64,000 bases of DNA, taken from Selaginella moellendorffii (taxonomy: Eukaryota > Plantae > Lycopodiophyta). Shown here one piece after another: positions 25,201 through 39,001 of the stretch. The notes under the pieces were generated by a model that made no database searches, was not told where the DNA came from, and saw only the letters and a program-made list of their open reading frames with translations. The DNA is taken from contig NW_003314344.1 in assembly GCF_000143415.4 (NCBI RefSeq), positions 795,279 to 859,278 on the forward strand, in the 5' to 3' direction. A program made the translations under genes and the position numbers. Every line of letters starts with the position of its first letter. Position 1 is the stretch's first letter.

Positions 25201-28200
25201 TACGTGTCTCTGGACAAGGCAGCTGAGATCGACGCCTCCGGTGTCTTGCTCGATGACAAGTCCCGCAGGCCTGATTTCTGCAACACGAGCCCCCTCTTAG
25301 ACAGCTTAACGAGCAAAGTCTACATCTATTCGAGTTACCTGTATCCTGTCTGTTAGCTCCAGAATGGTAAGGCCCTTGCTGCCTTGAATGGACAGGACGT
25401 GGAACGCAGCGTACTTGACAGTTCCCGGAGTAAGCTTGGGAGTCTGGCCCTTGCGCACCTTTAGTCGAGTGCCATGCTTGCCACGCATGAGAGCTACAGC
25501 ATTCACTGCAGCAGCCCCGGAGCGCAGCGTCGCGATCGCATTCGCGTTGTGGCCATCGTGTATCTGCACGACACGGCACGTAAGAGAAAAACACGAGAAG
25601 GAATAAAAAATACCTCGATACAATCCGGCTTTGCATCGGGTGACTGCGTTTTTTTCTTCCACCTCGGTCCATAACCGGCTGCCAGTGCGAACTGTCTAAG
25701 GATCTCTGGCCACGTTAGAGGGCTCATATGCTGGCCCCATTCCTGAATGTCAAAACCCCACGTATAAGCCTGCGAGAGCACACCATGCCTGGTCAAGAAA
25801 CACGCAAGACAGAAGAAGGAAATAACCGCTAGCTTACGGCTTCAACAATCTGCGGGTGACCACCAGCCGCAACAGCAATCGCGTGCTGACTTCCAGCGGT
25901 TCCACTCGCCGCTGCTTGCGCGGCATCTTCCACATCTCTGATCAAAGTCCTCAACAGCGCAATGTAAGTTTCGTTGAGGAGCCTGGAATCCTGCACAAAC
26001 GTGGAAAAGCACGAAGCTCTAGCAGGCCAAGGACGAGCAACGCTCAAAAACTTACAAAGTCATGAAGCCCCTGGACGAGTTCGTCGACTGTAAATGGCCA
26101 CAGCCCAATGGCGTCCGAGAATGTGGTCAAGAATCCCCAGACCTGTTTGGCAACACGAGTTAAGTTGGCTGGAAGCTGGAAAAAAACTAGCGCTCACCAT
26201 AAGAAGATTGGAAACGTTCTGCACAGAATCCCAAGGCGAGACTCCAAGAACCTTCTTCATCCGCACTGAAGCTGGCGGGTACTTCTTAAGCTCCACTGCG
26301 CGGAAAATAGAAAACTTTAAACACAAGAACAGCAAGATAGCTCCAAACCTTTGCTTGGGTCGAAAGCCGAGCCACCCTCCATATCGCCGGAGACGAGTCC
26401 TTGAACAAACGCGCCCATCTGCATGAGTTCTAGCTGCTCGTCGTCCATCAGACCCGTGGAAAGCTTGGCAAGCTTCTTTGCGGTCGCTCGCTCGTAAGCG
26501 GCCTGGAGCTTCGCAGCCTCTTTTTGCCGCCGGACCTCCTCCTTCAAGCGCAACTTCTCCAGCTGAAACCACCACCAATGCCTCGTGATCAGCTGGTCCT
26601 AAACTTTGAAAGCCATACACCCTCACCCGTTGCTGCTCCTTTTGAGCCAGTCTCTCCAAGCGATCTTGTTCTTTCTTCTGCTCGCGTTGATGTCTCTCCT
26701 CCTCGCGTTGCCTCTCGCGGTTGATCTTCTCCAGCTCCCTCTGCCTCTCTCTGTTGATCTTCTCGATCTCTTTTCTCTCCTGCTCTTCCCTCTGCCAGCC
26801 AACAGTGTCACAGACTATAAAGAACAAAGCAAGTTAGCTTACCTTGCGGCGTGCCGCTTCCTGCTTCTCAGCTTCTCTCTTGAGCTTCTTCTCTTGGGCC
26901 TCCAGCTCCCGGGCGAGCTTTGCGTCGTCACTCTGGAGCTATGCACACGTAAGCCTGGCCTCAAAGCTAAGATTTTTACCTTGCGTTTCTTGCTGCTTCC
27001 GGGTTGCGGTGGCTCGGGCATTTCAGGAATCACGACGTGAGACGGCTTGAGTAGCTGCTCCTCCATGCCGGCATCAGCGTCACCATGCGGCAGGAAATTC
27101 AAGGAGAGGTTCGGAACTCTGGCATCCGTGAGCGAGCTGCTACTCTGCTGCGCCTTTCCTTTGCCGTCCCTCTCCAGCTTGCAAGGCTGGAACTGAGCTC
27201 CGGTTGGATGCTCCGGAATGAACTGGTGCTCCCGGGGGATCGTCCTGCTGCTCGTCAGCGGGGATGTCCGCCGGCTGCTACCCAACTCTGGAGCTCCTGG
27301 AGCCTGAAAAACACGAAAACACGCCTGAGAACACGACCGAGAGAACAAACTCTTCCTCGATCTTACCTTGAGCTCGGCCGCATTGAGCGAGAACGTCGAC
27401 GAGTCTGCCATGCAAGCACACAAATCATCTCAAGCACTGCGTCTTCGCGAAACCACAGACATATCCAGCCATGCTTACGTACCTATAGGAGTGTCGAAGG
27501 GTCCGGGAGGGAGAGGATCAAACTCCCTTCCCAGCACGGGTCCGTCCTCTCGGATCGGCTCCCCGAGCTGCTGCTCCACCAGAGTGATCACCTCCCGCTC
27601 GCGCTTGAGCTCCTCGGCGGCCATGGCTGCCGCGCTCCGCTTCTTACCGCCACCTTCCTTTTTCGTCGTCATCGTCGTCGCCTTGGCGACTTCCTCGCCA
27701 CCCGCCGGCGCTGCCACTGCTGCTACTTTGGCATCCGGGAGATCGACCGCTGCTCCAAGCATGGACGCTGGGCTTGGATTTGGAGGAAGAGGCGGAGGAG
27801 GAGGCAGCAAGAGGAGCGCGGCGCCGGCAGCACCGGTGGCAGCTTCTTTGTCCTTCTTCCTCTTTTGCTTCTTTGACGAGGTCGCGGCGGGAGCTCCAGG
27901 AGCGGCGCCGCCCTCGTCGCCCTTCCTGTCCTTGAGCCGCCGGTGGCAGAACCACATCTGGAGCTGCCTGTCCGTGAGGCTCAATTTCGTGGAGAGCTCC
28001 GCGCGGACCACCTCGGAGGGGTACTTGTCCTCTAAACAGCACGAAGAACACGAAGAACACACACAAAAAAAAAAGAGAGAAAACCAATCAATCCACCACA
28101 GGAAGAAGCACGAATCGATCGAGAGCGAGGGGAGGGGAATCACTCACCGGCGTAGACCCTCTCGAGAATTTCGAGTTGCGAGGGAGTCTTCATCTTGCGC

Positions 28201-28259
28201 TTGGTGTTGAGACCCTTATCCTTGTCCTCTCCCTTGCGCGGCTTGTCGTCGCCCTCCAT
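22216..28259 (-). CDS. Homeobox-DDT domain protein, RINGLET (RLT1/RLT2)-like; multi-exon
   Basis: ATG 28259 MEGDDKPRK..KRKMKTPSQLEILERVYA; homeodomain YPSEVVRAELSTKLSLTDRQLQMWFCHRRLKDRK; EDGPVLGREFDPLPPG; DDT region (NLLM..WPFTVDELV); HARE-HTH LTPGTVKYAAFHVLS..KTPEASISAALSRD; WHIM LSIEERLNALVALV; PLGLDRRHNRYWQF; acidic C-terminus. Confidence 0.93.
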
Positions 28260-28589
28260 GCCCCAGCGCGCTCAAGAACACGGCCGCGCCCCAGATCCGA
28301 GCAACCCAAGTCGCCTCCGGCGCGGATCTACGCGAGCAAGCGAGAGATCGAATGGAAGGGCAACGCTACACGGATGAATCGGGTACCAAACGGAGAGAAA
28401 AAGGGGGAAAGAACAAGAGATGGGATGGGAGAGGAGGAAACAAAGAGGAGAGAAAGGAAAAAAAAAAAAAAAAACTGGTGGCCTTTTCTGGGGATGATGG
28501 ATGGATGGGGAGGAGAAGCACCACCACCACCGGGGACCGAGACTGCTAATCTTAATCTCACAACACGGATTTGGGTGCGTGGTATAGTC

Positions 28590-29350
28590 TAGTTTGAGAG
28601 AGAAGAGAGTGAGAAGGAGAGAGAGAAGAGGGCTTGCTTGTGGGATTGGGGTGTGTGATCTCCCTCACTCTCGCGCGCCCTCGCCTCGCCTCGCCTCGCT
28701 CGCTCGCTCGCAAAGAGTTCTAATTCTTCTCTCTTAGAACTTCCTTCTCTCTCTCTCTGTCTGTCTCTCTCTCTTTCTTTCTTTTCCTTTTTCTCCTTGG
28801 CCGCGGCAGCAGCAGTAGCAGCGGCAGCGGCAGCAGGAGCAAGCGGGGCGGTGGCGGCGAGGATTGGGGTGGCGGGGACGATATCGGATCGGGGGAATCG
28901 GGTGGGGTGAAGAACAAGGGAGACGACTTCGTCTTGTTGTTGGTTCCTTCTATCTTCTTCCTCATGAGCATGGTGATGGGGTTGGGTTTGGACGACGACG
29001 ACGACTACTACCACCACTACTACTACTCCACCACACACACACACACACACAAAATTAAGGAAAAAAAAATTCCTACTGGATGGACGACTGGCTCTTTCTC
29101 ACTCACTCTCTCTCTCTTTCTCACTCTCTCCGGCACGCACGACTAGCCAACAAAACCCAATGGTGGCGGTGATGGGCGATTGTGGCTCTACAAAATGGTG
29201 GCCGGGCTGGGCTGGGCTTGGCTGGATGGCTACACTACACTACACTACACGACCAAAAGGAGCGCTTTTCTTTTGCCTCGCGTTCTTCTTTCTCTTTGTT
29301 CGTTCTTTTTTCTCTTTTTTTTTTTTGTGCGTCTCTCTCTCTCTTTCTCT
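28590..29350. promoter_or_regulatory. GA/CT- and CA-repeat-rich upstream region of the RLT-like gene (candidate GAGA elements)
   Basis: Several (GA)n/(CT)n and (CA)n tracts directly upstream of the gene; function is inferred only. Confidence 0.35.
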
Positions 29351-29910
29351 CTCGCTCTTGTGTGCTTGGTCTACGGAATTTGCGAGGTGGGATGGATTGG
29401 ACGGAGGAGATGGCGGTGGCGGCGGAGATCGGATGGTGCGCGGAGGGATGGTTCTGTTTGGTTTTAACTTGGATGGGGGCGTGGGAGGCAAAAACAAATC
29501 ACGCGACGAAGAACACAAAGAGGGAGCGATGAATGGGACCATGACCGCATCTGATGGGCATGGCATGGCATGGCCATCATGCGGGCGTCAACCGCCGCTA
29601 GCGGAATATTCCCGGCGGGTCTAATTCTTGAGAGACCCCACCCGCGTGTCCTTGTTCTTCACGGACCAGCAGTTGTCTAGCAAAGCAGTATCGCTCGATC
29701 TCGCAATCTGGCCAAGGATCGCCTCGTCTTCATCGGGCGAGTTTCATGGCATTGTCACGCAAACAATCGCGAGTGTGTGAAATCCACACCACAAACTTTA
29801 AAGAGTGCGTCTCTCTTTTTCGCAGTGGAAGCAGACCCCACCCACGGCAATGCTCTTGCTTGTCACAACACCTTTAGATCTCACTCAATCGACCACAAGC
29901 ACAAGCAAAA

Positions 29911-31823
29911 CTATAACTTTGATTCCAGGGCCGCGAGCGCGGATCTAGACTTCTCCAGCAAGCTCGTAATGGAGACTTGGAACGCATCCCGTCGAAAGGT
30001 GGTGAGGTTGGCGGCCGGGGCGGCGTAGAGGAGTCGGGGGATGATCCGAGTGACAATGGTACGTCGCATGCGCCGCCGCCGGGATGGCGAGATTGCCGCC
30101 AGCAGCCGGGCAATGTCTACGGTGCCCGACTTGACGTCCTCGGCGGGGACGTAGACCGAGTAGTCGGCCAGCCGAGCCGGCAAGTGCCACGGGTACTGGA
30201 CGTAGGCCGTCTCTTGGCTGAAGAGCACGGGGATGCATCCCGCGATGAGCGAGTCGAAGACCGACCTCCGCGTCGCGCTGTCCCCGACTGGCTGGAGGCA
30301 GAAGTGCGAGGCGAGGAAGAGCTCCGTGGTGGACTCGGGCCGGAGGCAAACGTCCCCCGAGCACTCGAGGAAGCGGCAGAGTCGTGGCTGGCTGGTGCAG
30401 ATGGCGATGAGCACCGCGCGGATGGAGTCGGTTGTCCGCGGCATGCCCGCGAAGCTGAAGAGCGCGTCGCGGCGGGACGACGCCACGGCATGCAGCCACT
30501 CCTCCACGTCCCTATCCGAGGCCGGGTGGAAGTACGTCGGGTGCGGCACTCCGACGTCGTTGGCGTTCCAGGGGTCGCGCTCCAGCAGCAGTCGAGTTAC
30601 GTTCTCGAGCCCCGGTAGCATCAGCAGCGTGTTTCCCCACTCGGTGTCCGTCCGGCGAAAGTCCCAGGTGATCTTTCCCAGCACCAAAAAGTGATCGATC
30701 CCCCCGTTCCGCCTCCACGACTCGTGCTGCTCGAGCAGTCCCATGAGCTCCACCCCGAGCTCGTCTTTCTGCTCGTAGCTCACGTTGGCGTAGTGGTACC
30801 TGTGCATGCATCGTGTGTCGGTCTCTCGAGGAGCTAGAGAAACGTTTTTACGTACCGGAACACGTCCAGGCCTCCGTAGTATGGGATGTAGAAGAGCTGC
30901 GCCTTGGCCGGATCATCCGTGAGGCAGGCGTACTCCTTGAGCCGAGCGTGAAACAAGACCTCGAGCATGTACTGGTTGGTCTTGTGCCACCTCCCGGCGG
31001 GCTTGAGCACCCCGGCCCTGTCCGTCGTCACCGCCTTGCCCATCCCAGAGTTTTCGAAGTAGTCGCACATCGAGTACCACGGGAGAATGCGGTCGCACAG
31101 AGCAACCAGGTCCGCGTTGAATCTCGCTGGAAGGTTGTAGCTGTAGATCCACTTCCCGCTGCACGACGACGATGGTTCTTCCACTGCATTGTCCTCGTTC
31201 CGAGAGTGCTCTCGCAACTCGTCCATGATCCGCAACAGTCCCGGCCTGATAACTCGGCTGTCCTCTTGAGTCTCATCAGCTTCGTCTTCATCTTCACCAT
31301 AGTCGTCATCCTCGTCTTCTACATCCTCCTCCCCTGTTCCTAGCACCCTGTTCTCGATCATCTGTCGTCTTGCATTGCCCTTCTCACCTGAGAATCCCAG
31401 GGACTTGAGCTCCAAGGGTAGACTCGCCTCTTCATCACCACGTCTATGACCGTCGTTACCAGCAGCCTCAGCGTCCTCCATCTCCAAATCTGTCACAGTA
31501 TCTCCATCCTCGGCTCCCTGCTGATGATCCGTGGTGGTGGACTTGGTCGACCTCCCAAATCCATCGCTTGGCAGCACTTGCTCCTTGAGCAGCAGATTGG
31601 AAGGAAAAGCCTCCGAGGACTTCAGCTCGGACAACACAATCCACCTCCTGGCGAGGGACGTGCATTCCTGAGCTGTGCAGTGGCGAGATTGCGAGAAAAC
31701 TGTGAATGCTGTCAATCCAAACACAGTCCAAATGCAGAAAACGCAAATGAGCAGCATGGAAGGAACAATTATCAACCTTCTAAGCAGCAGCAGCAGCAGC
31801 GCAGCATTCATCCTCTTGGCCAT
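29911..31823 (-). CDS. GT47 exostosin-family xyloglucan galactosyltransferase (KATAMARI1/MUR3-like); 2 exons
   Basis: N-terminal TM anchor; CSGKWIYSYNLPARFNADL, TNQYMLEVLFHAR, FYIPYYGGLD, DHFLVLGKITWDFRR, PHPTYFHP, FCLQPVGDSATRRSVFDSLIAGCIPV. Start uncertain; the frame is open to 32060. Confidence 0.92.
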
Positions 31824-32659
31824 GAACCCGTCGGGCTTTGCGCCTTGAAAAACTCTGGTCACCATTTCAGAGGATGTACACATGGCGGCAGAGGTTTCCT
31901 GCATGTAAGAAGACAGAGGTGGTGCTCGACTCAGTGTCCTGGAACAAGACAATAACTTAATCAACCAACCATTCCGACGAGAACTTACTCGCCGTACGGC
32001 TTGAGCTCTCTCTTCCAGTCTTTCCTGCAAACGAGAATCAGCAAAATCAGGCGTAGGCATGGCAAGTCGCGAACTTCCTGCAAGAGGTTTTAATGGCTGC
32101 AGTGGGATGACTGGTATTTCCTGGAAAAGCTATAATGTCGTTGACACCGTCATTCCTTCCAAATCTTGTGGCGTGATCAGGGATCGCTTTGATCTCGATA
32201 TCGACGTATGATCGGCTTTGTTGGATACTTGTGTGGAGGGCATGTAAAACAACATGGTAAACCATTAGGTCACATACTTCTATTGCTGACGACAAAAAGA
32301 GTCTCGTCCCTCCTCCAGAGCTTTTCTGTGTTTTATGAAATTTAAAGACATGCCAGAGAAGCCCGTCTGCTCGCTTGAACCAGCCAGGCAGCGTGCCACG
32401 GCAGATCGAAAGGGACACCGGGATTTATTGCTGAGAGTTTTCAAACTTTCAATCTGTGAACAACAAGACTTTGGTGAGAGAAAAAGAATGTTAGAATACA
32501 AGGAACTTTAAATGCAATACCTCTCAGGAAGAAGTTGAAGGAGAAGGAAAAGAAGAAGAAGAAGGGATCCCATCGTTCTCTTGTTGCAAATCCATCCAGT
32601 ATTAGAACAAACCAGCTAACTATGTCTCAGACCACGCTTCAAGACTTTTGTCGAGAAAT

Positions 32660-33140
32660 TGTATGGCACACGTCTCTCAAAGAAGAGTGAATACGGAGCT
32701 GATGTTTCCAACGCAGCTACCACAAGAAAACATGCAATGCCTCCATGCTCACGAAACCTTTGAACTACCATGCGAAACCATAATGTGACAACGCAAGTAT
32801 GTTACATAGATAGTGTACCTGCTTTCCATCAGAAGACCACCTTGCAAACGATTGTCGAATATATGTGTTGATTGGGGACAGTTTGAGAGCAACACTATCA
32901 GAAAAAAATGTACAGACATCGAAAATTTGCAATCACCTTGGCCAGACAAATAATAGAGCTGCTTCCCCTCTGCTAGAGGAAAAACGTGTTGCGTCACCCG
33001 ACTCGGGTTTCTCTCTCGCTGATCCTTTCGAAGCATTATCCAGGCCCTCCAGGGCTGACACATGTTTGCACAAGCAGGAACAAGCCTTGTCAAGATCAAC
33101 AGAAATTTCCTTTTCCAGCTAGACATAGAAAGAACAAGAC
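32660..33140 (-). pseudogene. Internally deleted paralog of the ASCH-domain gene at 39002-40745
   Basis: 32660-32880 matches 38920-39180 (PQSTHIF, tacctgctttccatcaga); 32965-33140 matches 40295-40545; the intervening ~1.1 kb is absent. Confidence 0.75.
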
Positions 33141-33603
33141 AAAAAGAGCTTTGGTTGATTAAGGGCCAACGCATGAAGGTGAAAAAACTGACTCTTCAAG
33201 GAAAATGTGTGTAACATTATTTATTAATCCAATTATCAGAGAATAAATTAGAATAAACGAGATAATGTTTAGAAAAGGTTATAAATTTTAAACATGTTTA
33301 TAAATTAAAAGCTATTTTCAAGCATATTTTAAGTATATGCACTGCCACCCTGTGCTTAAGCAAAAAAAAAAAAAATTAGATTTTAAATTTTAGTTACTCT
33401 GAAATTAAATATAAAATTTACATGTATTATTTATATAATAATTTATATTTATAATTTTAATGTATAAAAAAGTTTTAAAATTTTGATAATATATTTATAT
33501 TTTAACATTTTGAAATGCTATTAAGAGTTCTGAAAATATATATGAATAAATATATTAATTAAGATTAAGACCCCTACTTATATACAAGAATGGATGGATC
33601 AAA

Positions 33604-33702
33604 TTCAATCCCAAATAGATTATCCATATACTATAGTACTACAATTAATGTATTACCTAGTCAAGGTAATACATGTATACAAATAAATAAATAAATAAAT
33701 AA

Positions 33703-33741
<39 letters not shown>
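33604..33741 (+). repeat. 52-bp direct repeat followed by an (AAAT)n(AT)n microsatellite
   Basis: 33604-33655 matches 37004-37055 at 43/52 positions by hand count; microsatellite at 33681-33741. Confidence 0.8.
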
Positions 33742-33746
<5 letters not shown>

Positions 33747-36502
33747 TTTACACTATCTTCCTTTCTAGAAAATGAAAAGGTGATGATAATAAGTCAAGTG
33801 GAACATCTAGAGTTTCTATTAGGTGATTATAAACTACCACAAAAAATTGAACTCCTACAAAACTATTAACAAAATTGTTGATAATTATGACTGAAACAAA
33901 ATCGAAAACAATGGCATAAATACTAATTGACTAGAATCTTAATGAACTAGTTGCAATTCCGTGCATAGCTTCCCATGCTCAAACCAACTTGAAAGCTATA
34001 ACTTTGAACCAAAACAAAAGATCTTGAGAACTATTATAATCCATGAAATGCCATTGCAACAAATAATATATCTTACCTTTAAATTTACTTACCAATAATC
34101 CTTCGCACCTTCATCATTATTTAACACTATATATGGGAGGTCAGATTCACTCTATTTGTCCTCCATAGCCTCTTTATCCCCTCTTTGAAAGAAAAAAAGT
34201 TTTGAAATACCATTTCTATTTGTTCTCACATTACCATATATGTTTAAATCCTTATTCTATCATATCAGGGCCAAACTCCCATTTGTCCCCTCTATCCCCT
34301 CCTCTAAAGAAAAACAAATTTGAAACATTAGGGCAAAGAAGAGAAAGTGAAAAAAATTGAGGAAAAATCATTGTAAAAAAAGAAAAAGTGGATAAAGAAG
34401 CATCGAAAGAAGAATTTTCAATAGTTGTTAATACAGAAATGGGGAAATAAAAAAAAGGATATATGCTCAAAGTTGGGAAAATAAAAGGCTTCCTATTATA
34501 AAATATTTTAGCCACCACAATATAAGTAAAAGATTCATATTGTTTAACCTCCTCAACACATAATTCAACACTTAAGATAGGAAAATCAATAGAAATGTCC
34601 ATACTCTTAAGAGAATACATAAATTACTGAGTAGCAATGGTAAAACAAAAGTTTTTAACAACATTAACAAGTAGGGATACACACTAAACTTGAAATTCTG
34701 GTTAAAATGAATTAACCTTGGAACATGGGAATACTCAACACTGAATCTAATTAAAGGCTCTACCAATGAAGCAAAATAAAAATTCTCAAACTTCATACAT
34801 ATATTTAACATCTAGATTAGTATGAGGAGGTTAGAAAACACTTAACTCAATATTAGATTGAGAATGAGAATAATCATAAATGGTCGATGTGCTAATGGAA
34901 AAAAAACACTAAAAATAAGGAAGAAACACTAAATGCATAAGAAAGTGGTTTAAGCTGAGAAATAAGAAAAGGTTGGGAAAAAGCAGAAGGTAAAGAGAAA
35001 GATTTAAATGACAGATTCATATCCCATGAAATCTTTAATTGTAGTGCATGTGGTTTTCACCTTTTATCCTATGGTGATTTACTATAGAATAACCATAAAG
35101 TAGGTCCTAACATTAGGATGTTAAATGCTCTAAAACTGTTCTAAATTGTTTTGTGCTTTTGTCTCGTCATTCTTTGGGTTGTACACTCAAGAATTACTCC
35201 ATACTCCAATTCTTTTGCTCCTTGGGCTATACATTCAAGAATCACTCTGTACTCCAGTTCTTTTGCTCTTCGGCTCCATATTTAGAAGTTTGGCTTCGTT
35301 CCTTCATTTAGTGGCTTAGGGCCTTGAAATTTGAGTTCCACTCTATTGTCCTTGGACACATGGCATTTAACATTTAACACATGAAGGGTTTAAGTTCAAC
35401 ACACAAAACAGAGCCAAACGGAGCCAAATAGAGTCTGACATTATTTTATTATACTAATGGCATAATGTGAGAATATGGATACTCCACCAATTAGCATGGT
35501 GTGGAATGTGGGCTTAGATCTAAGCCGAATGCAAAACAAAGATATACACACAAATAAAAGTTAAACTATGCTTTATGTTAGTTAGATATGCCCAACTTAC
35601 CCACTATCTCTATTATACATTTCACCCCTAGTCACCTTTAGTACCAAAAGTTAGTCTCTAGGATAAGTTTAAAATTTATTAATTATGGAATGGTGCTAGA
35701 TTGCAAAATTGGATATGGGATTAACACCAATTGTCTTTAGGACAATCTTTACATTCTATAAATATGCCAAATTAGCAAATCTAGATACTTTCCAATAATA
35801 TTAATTAGGATTGAACATTACTAATATAAAGGGTATGAAAGTGAGGGTGTTTAACAAATAAAATATCATTTAGTGAATATTGAGGGAATAATTTTAATAT
35901 CGTAGAGGTTCTTGTCAAACTAATGTAGGATAGAGCAAAAGAGAATTAACAAGCCTGTCCAAGTATACTTAACTAAATTGATAATTAAGAATCCTTCCTT
36001 ATGCTCGTCCGGTTAAGTATAGATGCTAACTCAAGTTTAATAACACTTGAACAAGAGGGATTGATAAAGGGTCTAACAATACTGACTTTCTACTGTTGTG
36101 GCAGTAAATAAAGAATATCTAAAAGGATTAATTAATAGGTAACTTTTGATACCTATAGTCACATTCGCGACACCAACTCATCTCCAAATCTATCTCCAAA
36201 ATAATCAAGTTTGTCATCATAATTTGGAATCCACTTGACTTTGTATACATTATTTTTCTATAAACTCAATCCTCAAACATTCTCCAAGCACTAAATTTCA
36301 TCTTCTATAGCTTGCCAATTGATGTCACGATCCATATTCCACACTAATGGAAAATGATAGAACACCGAGAATAGAACAACCTATATAATCATATCCTATG
36401 AAAGTTGAAGACAGCTATATACAAAGGATGGGCGTAACATTAATATGATCACACCCCATAACATAAAAAGCTCAATTTAACGAAGTTGTATCAATAGCCT
36501 CA

Positions 36503-36791
36503 AATGCTTTATTTCGTTAAAGTGGAACTTTTCATTATCCCACTTATGGTGTGTGGCCACATGCCATTTTTATAACAACAATAAAAAATTGAAGTTTTAG
36601 CTTTATAATTTATAAATTAAAAACTTTTCATATGATTTTGTGTTATAATATTGTGAAATATAAAAAATAAATTAAAAAACTGATAGAAATATTAATAAAT
36701 ATTAATTAAGTACTAAGAAATGGCATGTGGACACATGCTAATTAATGTCCCACTTTACTAAATAAGTTTCACTTTAACGAAATAAAGCATT
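36503..36791. mobile_element. MITE-like element, 289 bp
   Basis: 27-bp terminal inverted repeats AATGCTTTATTTCGTTAAAGTG(G/A)AACT (36503-36529 and 36765-36791, one mismatch), an inner inverted pair (ccacatgccattt) and an AT-rich core. No clear TSD. Confidence 0.75.
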
Positions 36792-37003
36792 CAAGTGATA
36801 TACTCCTTCATTCATGAAAGTGTGGTATGGTAGAAGAAGAAAATGCAATGAAAATTAGAAAAGAAAGCAAAGCTAAACATAATAATAGCTAGAATTTTAG
36901 ATTTTGCAAAAAGTTAATACAGGTCTAGATCTAAAAGAGAATAAAGAAATAAGAATAAAAAGCACAATCCCAAATAATAGAGTAAAACATTACTTGAATT
37001 AGA

Positions 37004-37079
37004 TTCAGTCTCAAATGGACAATTTATATACTATAGTACTATAATTAGTGTATTATAAAACACACACACACACACACAC

Positions 37080-37151
<72 letters not shown>
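37004..37151 (+). repeat. 52-bp direct repeat followed by a (CA)10/(AT)n microsatellite
   Basis: Second copy of 33604-33655; (CA)10 at 37061-37080 and (AT)n at 37082-37151. Confidence 0.8.
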
Positions 37152-37154
<3 letters not shown>

Positions 37155-39001
37155 AAACACTATAAAATATTGAAAATAATAATTATAAAACAATATATTG
37201 TGTTAAAAGATATTTGAGTCAGGTCAACCTCTTTGATAGAAAAAACAAAATTGTATAAATTGGTATAAATAAAAGTTAGTATAATATAAGAATTAATAAT
37301 CTAGAAAAAACATTATTAGTTAAAATTAGATATATAATGGGTTAATAATTTAGTATATTAAAGTTTCTTATTAGTGAAATAATGATAAATAAAGATAAAA
37401 TTAGTAAAATAAATATAAAAATAATTTATATATTAAAATTTATTATGAGGTATTACAAGGAAATTTTATAAATAAATAAATTTAAAATAGGCGTTCTTTT
37501 TATGAAATAAGAAAAACTTTATCCTTTATTACACTTAAATAAGTTATTTATTTATTATTTAATAAATAGATCCAGTAAATAATTAAGTATAAAGTTCAAA
37601 AATATATTCATCTTGACATTCATTTTATCAAACTTTTATTACTAAACTGTTGCTACAATTTTATTATAACTATTCTTGAATATAAGAAGAAACTAGTTCA
37701 GCTAAAATTTAGTATTTGATAGCAAACATTTTTATATTTATAATATTTTCAATAACATTAAGCTTAATATAACATGATTTATAATACTTAAAGATATATA
37801 ATTATAAATATATTCAGTTAAAAAAGTTGTTAGTCAATCAATATAAATTTATATTTGTATTAATTTAATTATTTTTATTTTATAACATAATGCCATATAT
37901 AAATGATTACAAGTTTATAAAATTGAATGATTATATAAATATAAAAAATGATTAAATAAATATAAAAAATTAAAGAATTTCTACATTTATGTGAGAATGA
38001 CAAATTACTTTAAAATAGCATTGCCAAGTTTTTTTTAACTTTACTGTATATAAATTTTTGTTAAAAAATAAAACTTTTATAAATTCTTTGTTGAAATCAC
38101 TTCAATTTACTATTTAAAAGATTTTTTTATTAACTACTTTCTTAAAAAATAATAGAATAAAAATATTAAACTTAATATATATTTAATAAATAGATGTTTG
38201 TCACCAATTACACATTGTAGGTTTAGCAATGAAATGTGAGGTATGCATCAAAGTTATCTTCTTTAGTTGGCAACTAAAAAAGAACTAAACAGCATTTATG
38301 TTTATACATAATTGTGTTGTAAGTTTTAAATATATTTGATTTTTTGCTTTTGTGTTTGAGAACTATAATCCCTTGGGAAAATGCAATGACTTACCTCATG
38401 GAATCAAATGGGTGTGTCTCGTGGGAGAAACTAACCTGTCTGTACTCAACACATAGACATTAACGAGAAGGAGAAGGTCTCACATATGCATCAGTCCCAC
38501 ACCAAAGGCCAAGTACTACTTCTAGCTGCTAACACTAGTGAAAGTTTTAGGTTACAAAATGCATGCCAACGTGGTAAACCCTACCGTGCTAAAGGTGTTT
38601 TTAATTGTTCCACGTCCTGGACAAGGATCCATGCCATACGGGCTTCAACGCAGCTGTCGATCATGTTAGAGCTCTGATAACTGGAAGTGAAGCAAAGTAA
38701 AACCATCGTCTACTTACTTGAACCAGCCAGGCTGTGTAGCAGATTGAATGGGACACCACTACTTTTCAAGCTTTCATCTGTGAAACACAAGACTTTGTGA
38801 GAGAAAAGCACAGAAACAACCGAGAAACTTAAGTACCTTTCAGGAAGAAGAGATCGACGTATCGTTCTCTTGCAGTAAATCCAGTCCCAGAAGAATATCA
38901 ACTTCGGAATCGCAAGATTACCAAGTTTTGTACCGAGAAATCCATTGGCACCTCTCAAAGTAAAACCAATACGGATCTGATGTTTCCAACACAGCTACCA
39001 T

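Noticed and set aside
28604-28672. Possible miRNA-like hairpin upstream of the RLT-like gene
   Set aside because: The pairing comes from adjacent GA and CT microsatellite tracts; there is no extended stem.
28720-28971. Upstream ORF for the RLT-like gene
   Set aside because: Composed largely of simple repeats; no evidence of conservation or of inclusion in the transcript.
34200-34260. YGNVRTNRNG resembling a piggyBac transposase motif on the minus strand
   Set aside because: A single short match in AT-rich sequence with no flanking DDD motifs or TTAA-bounded TIRs.
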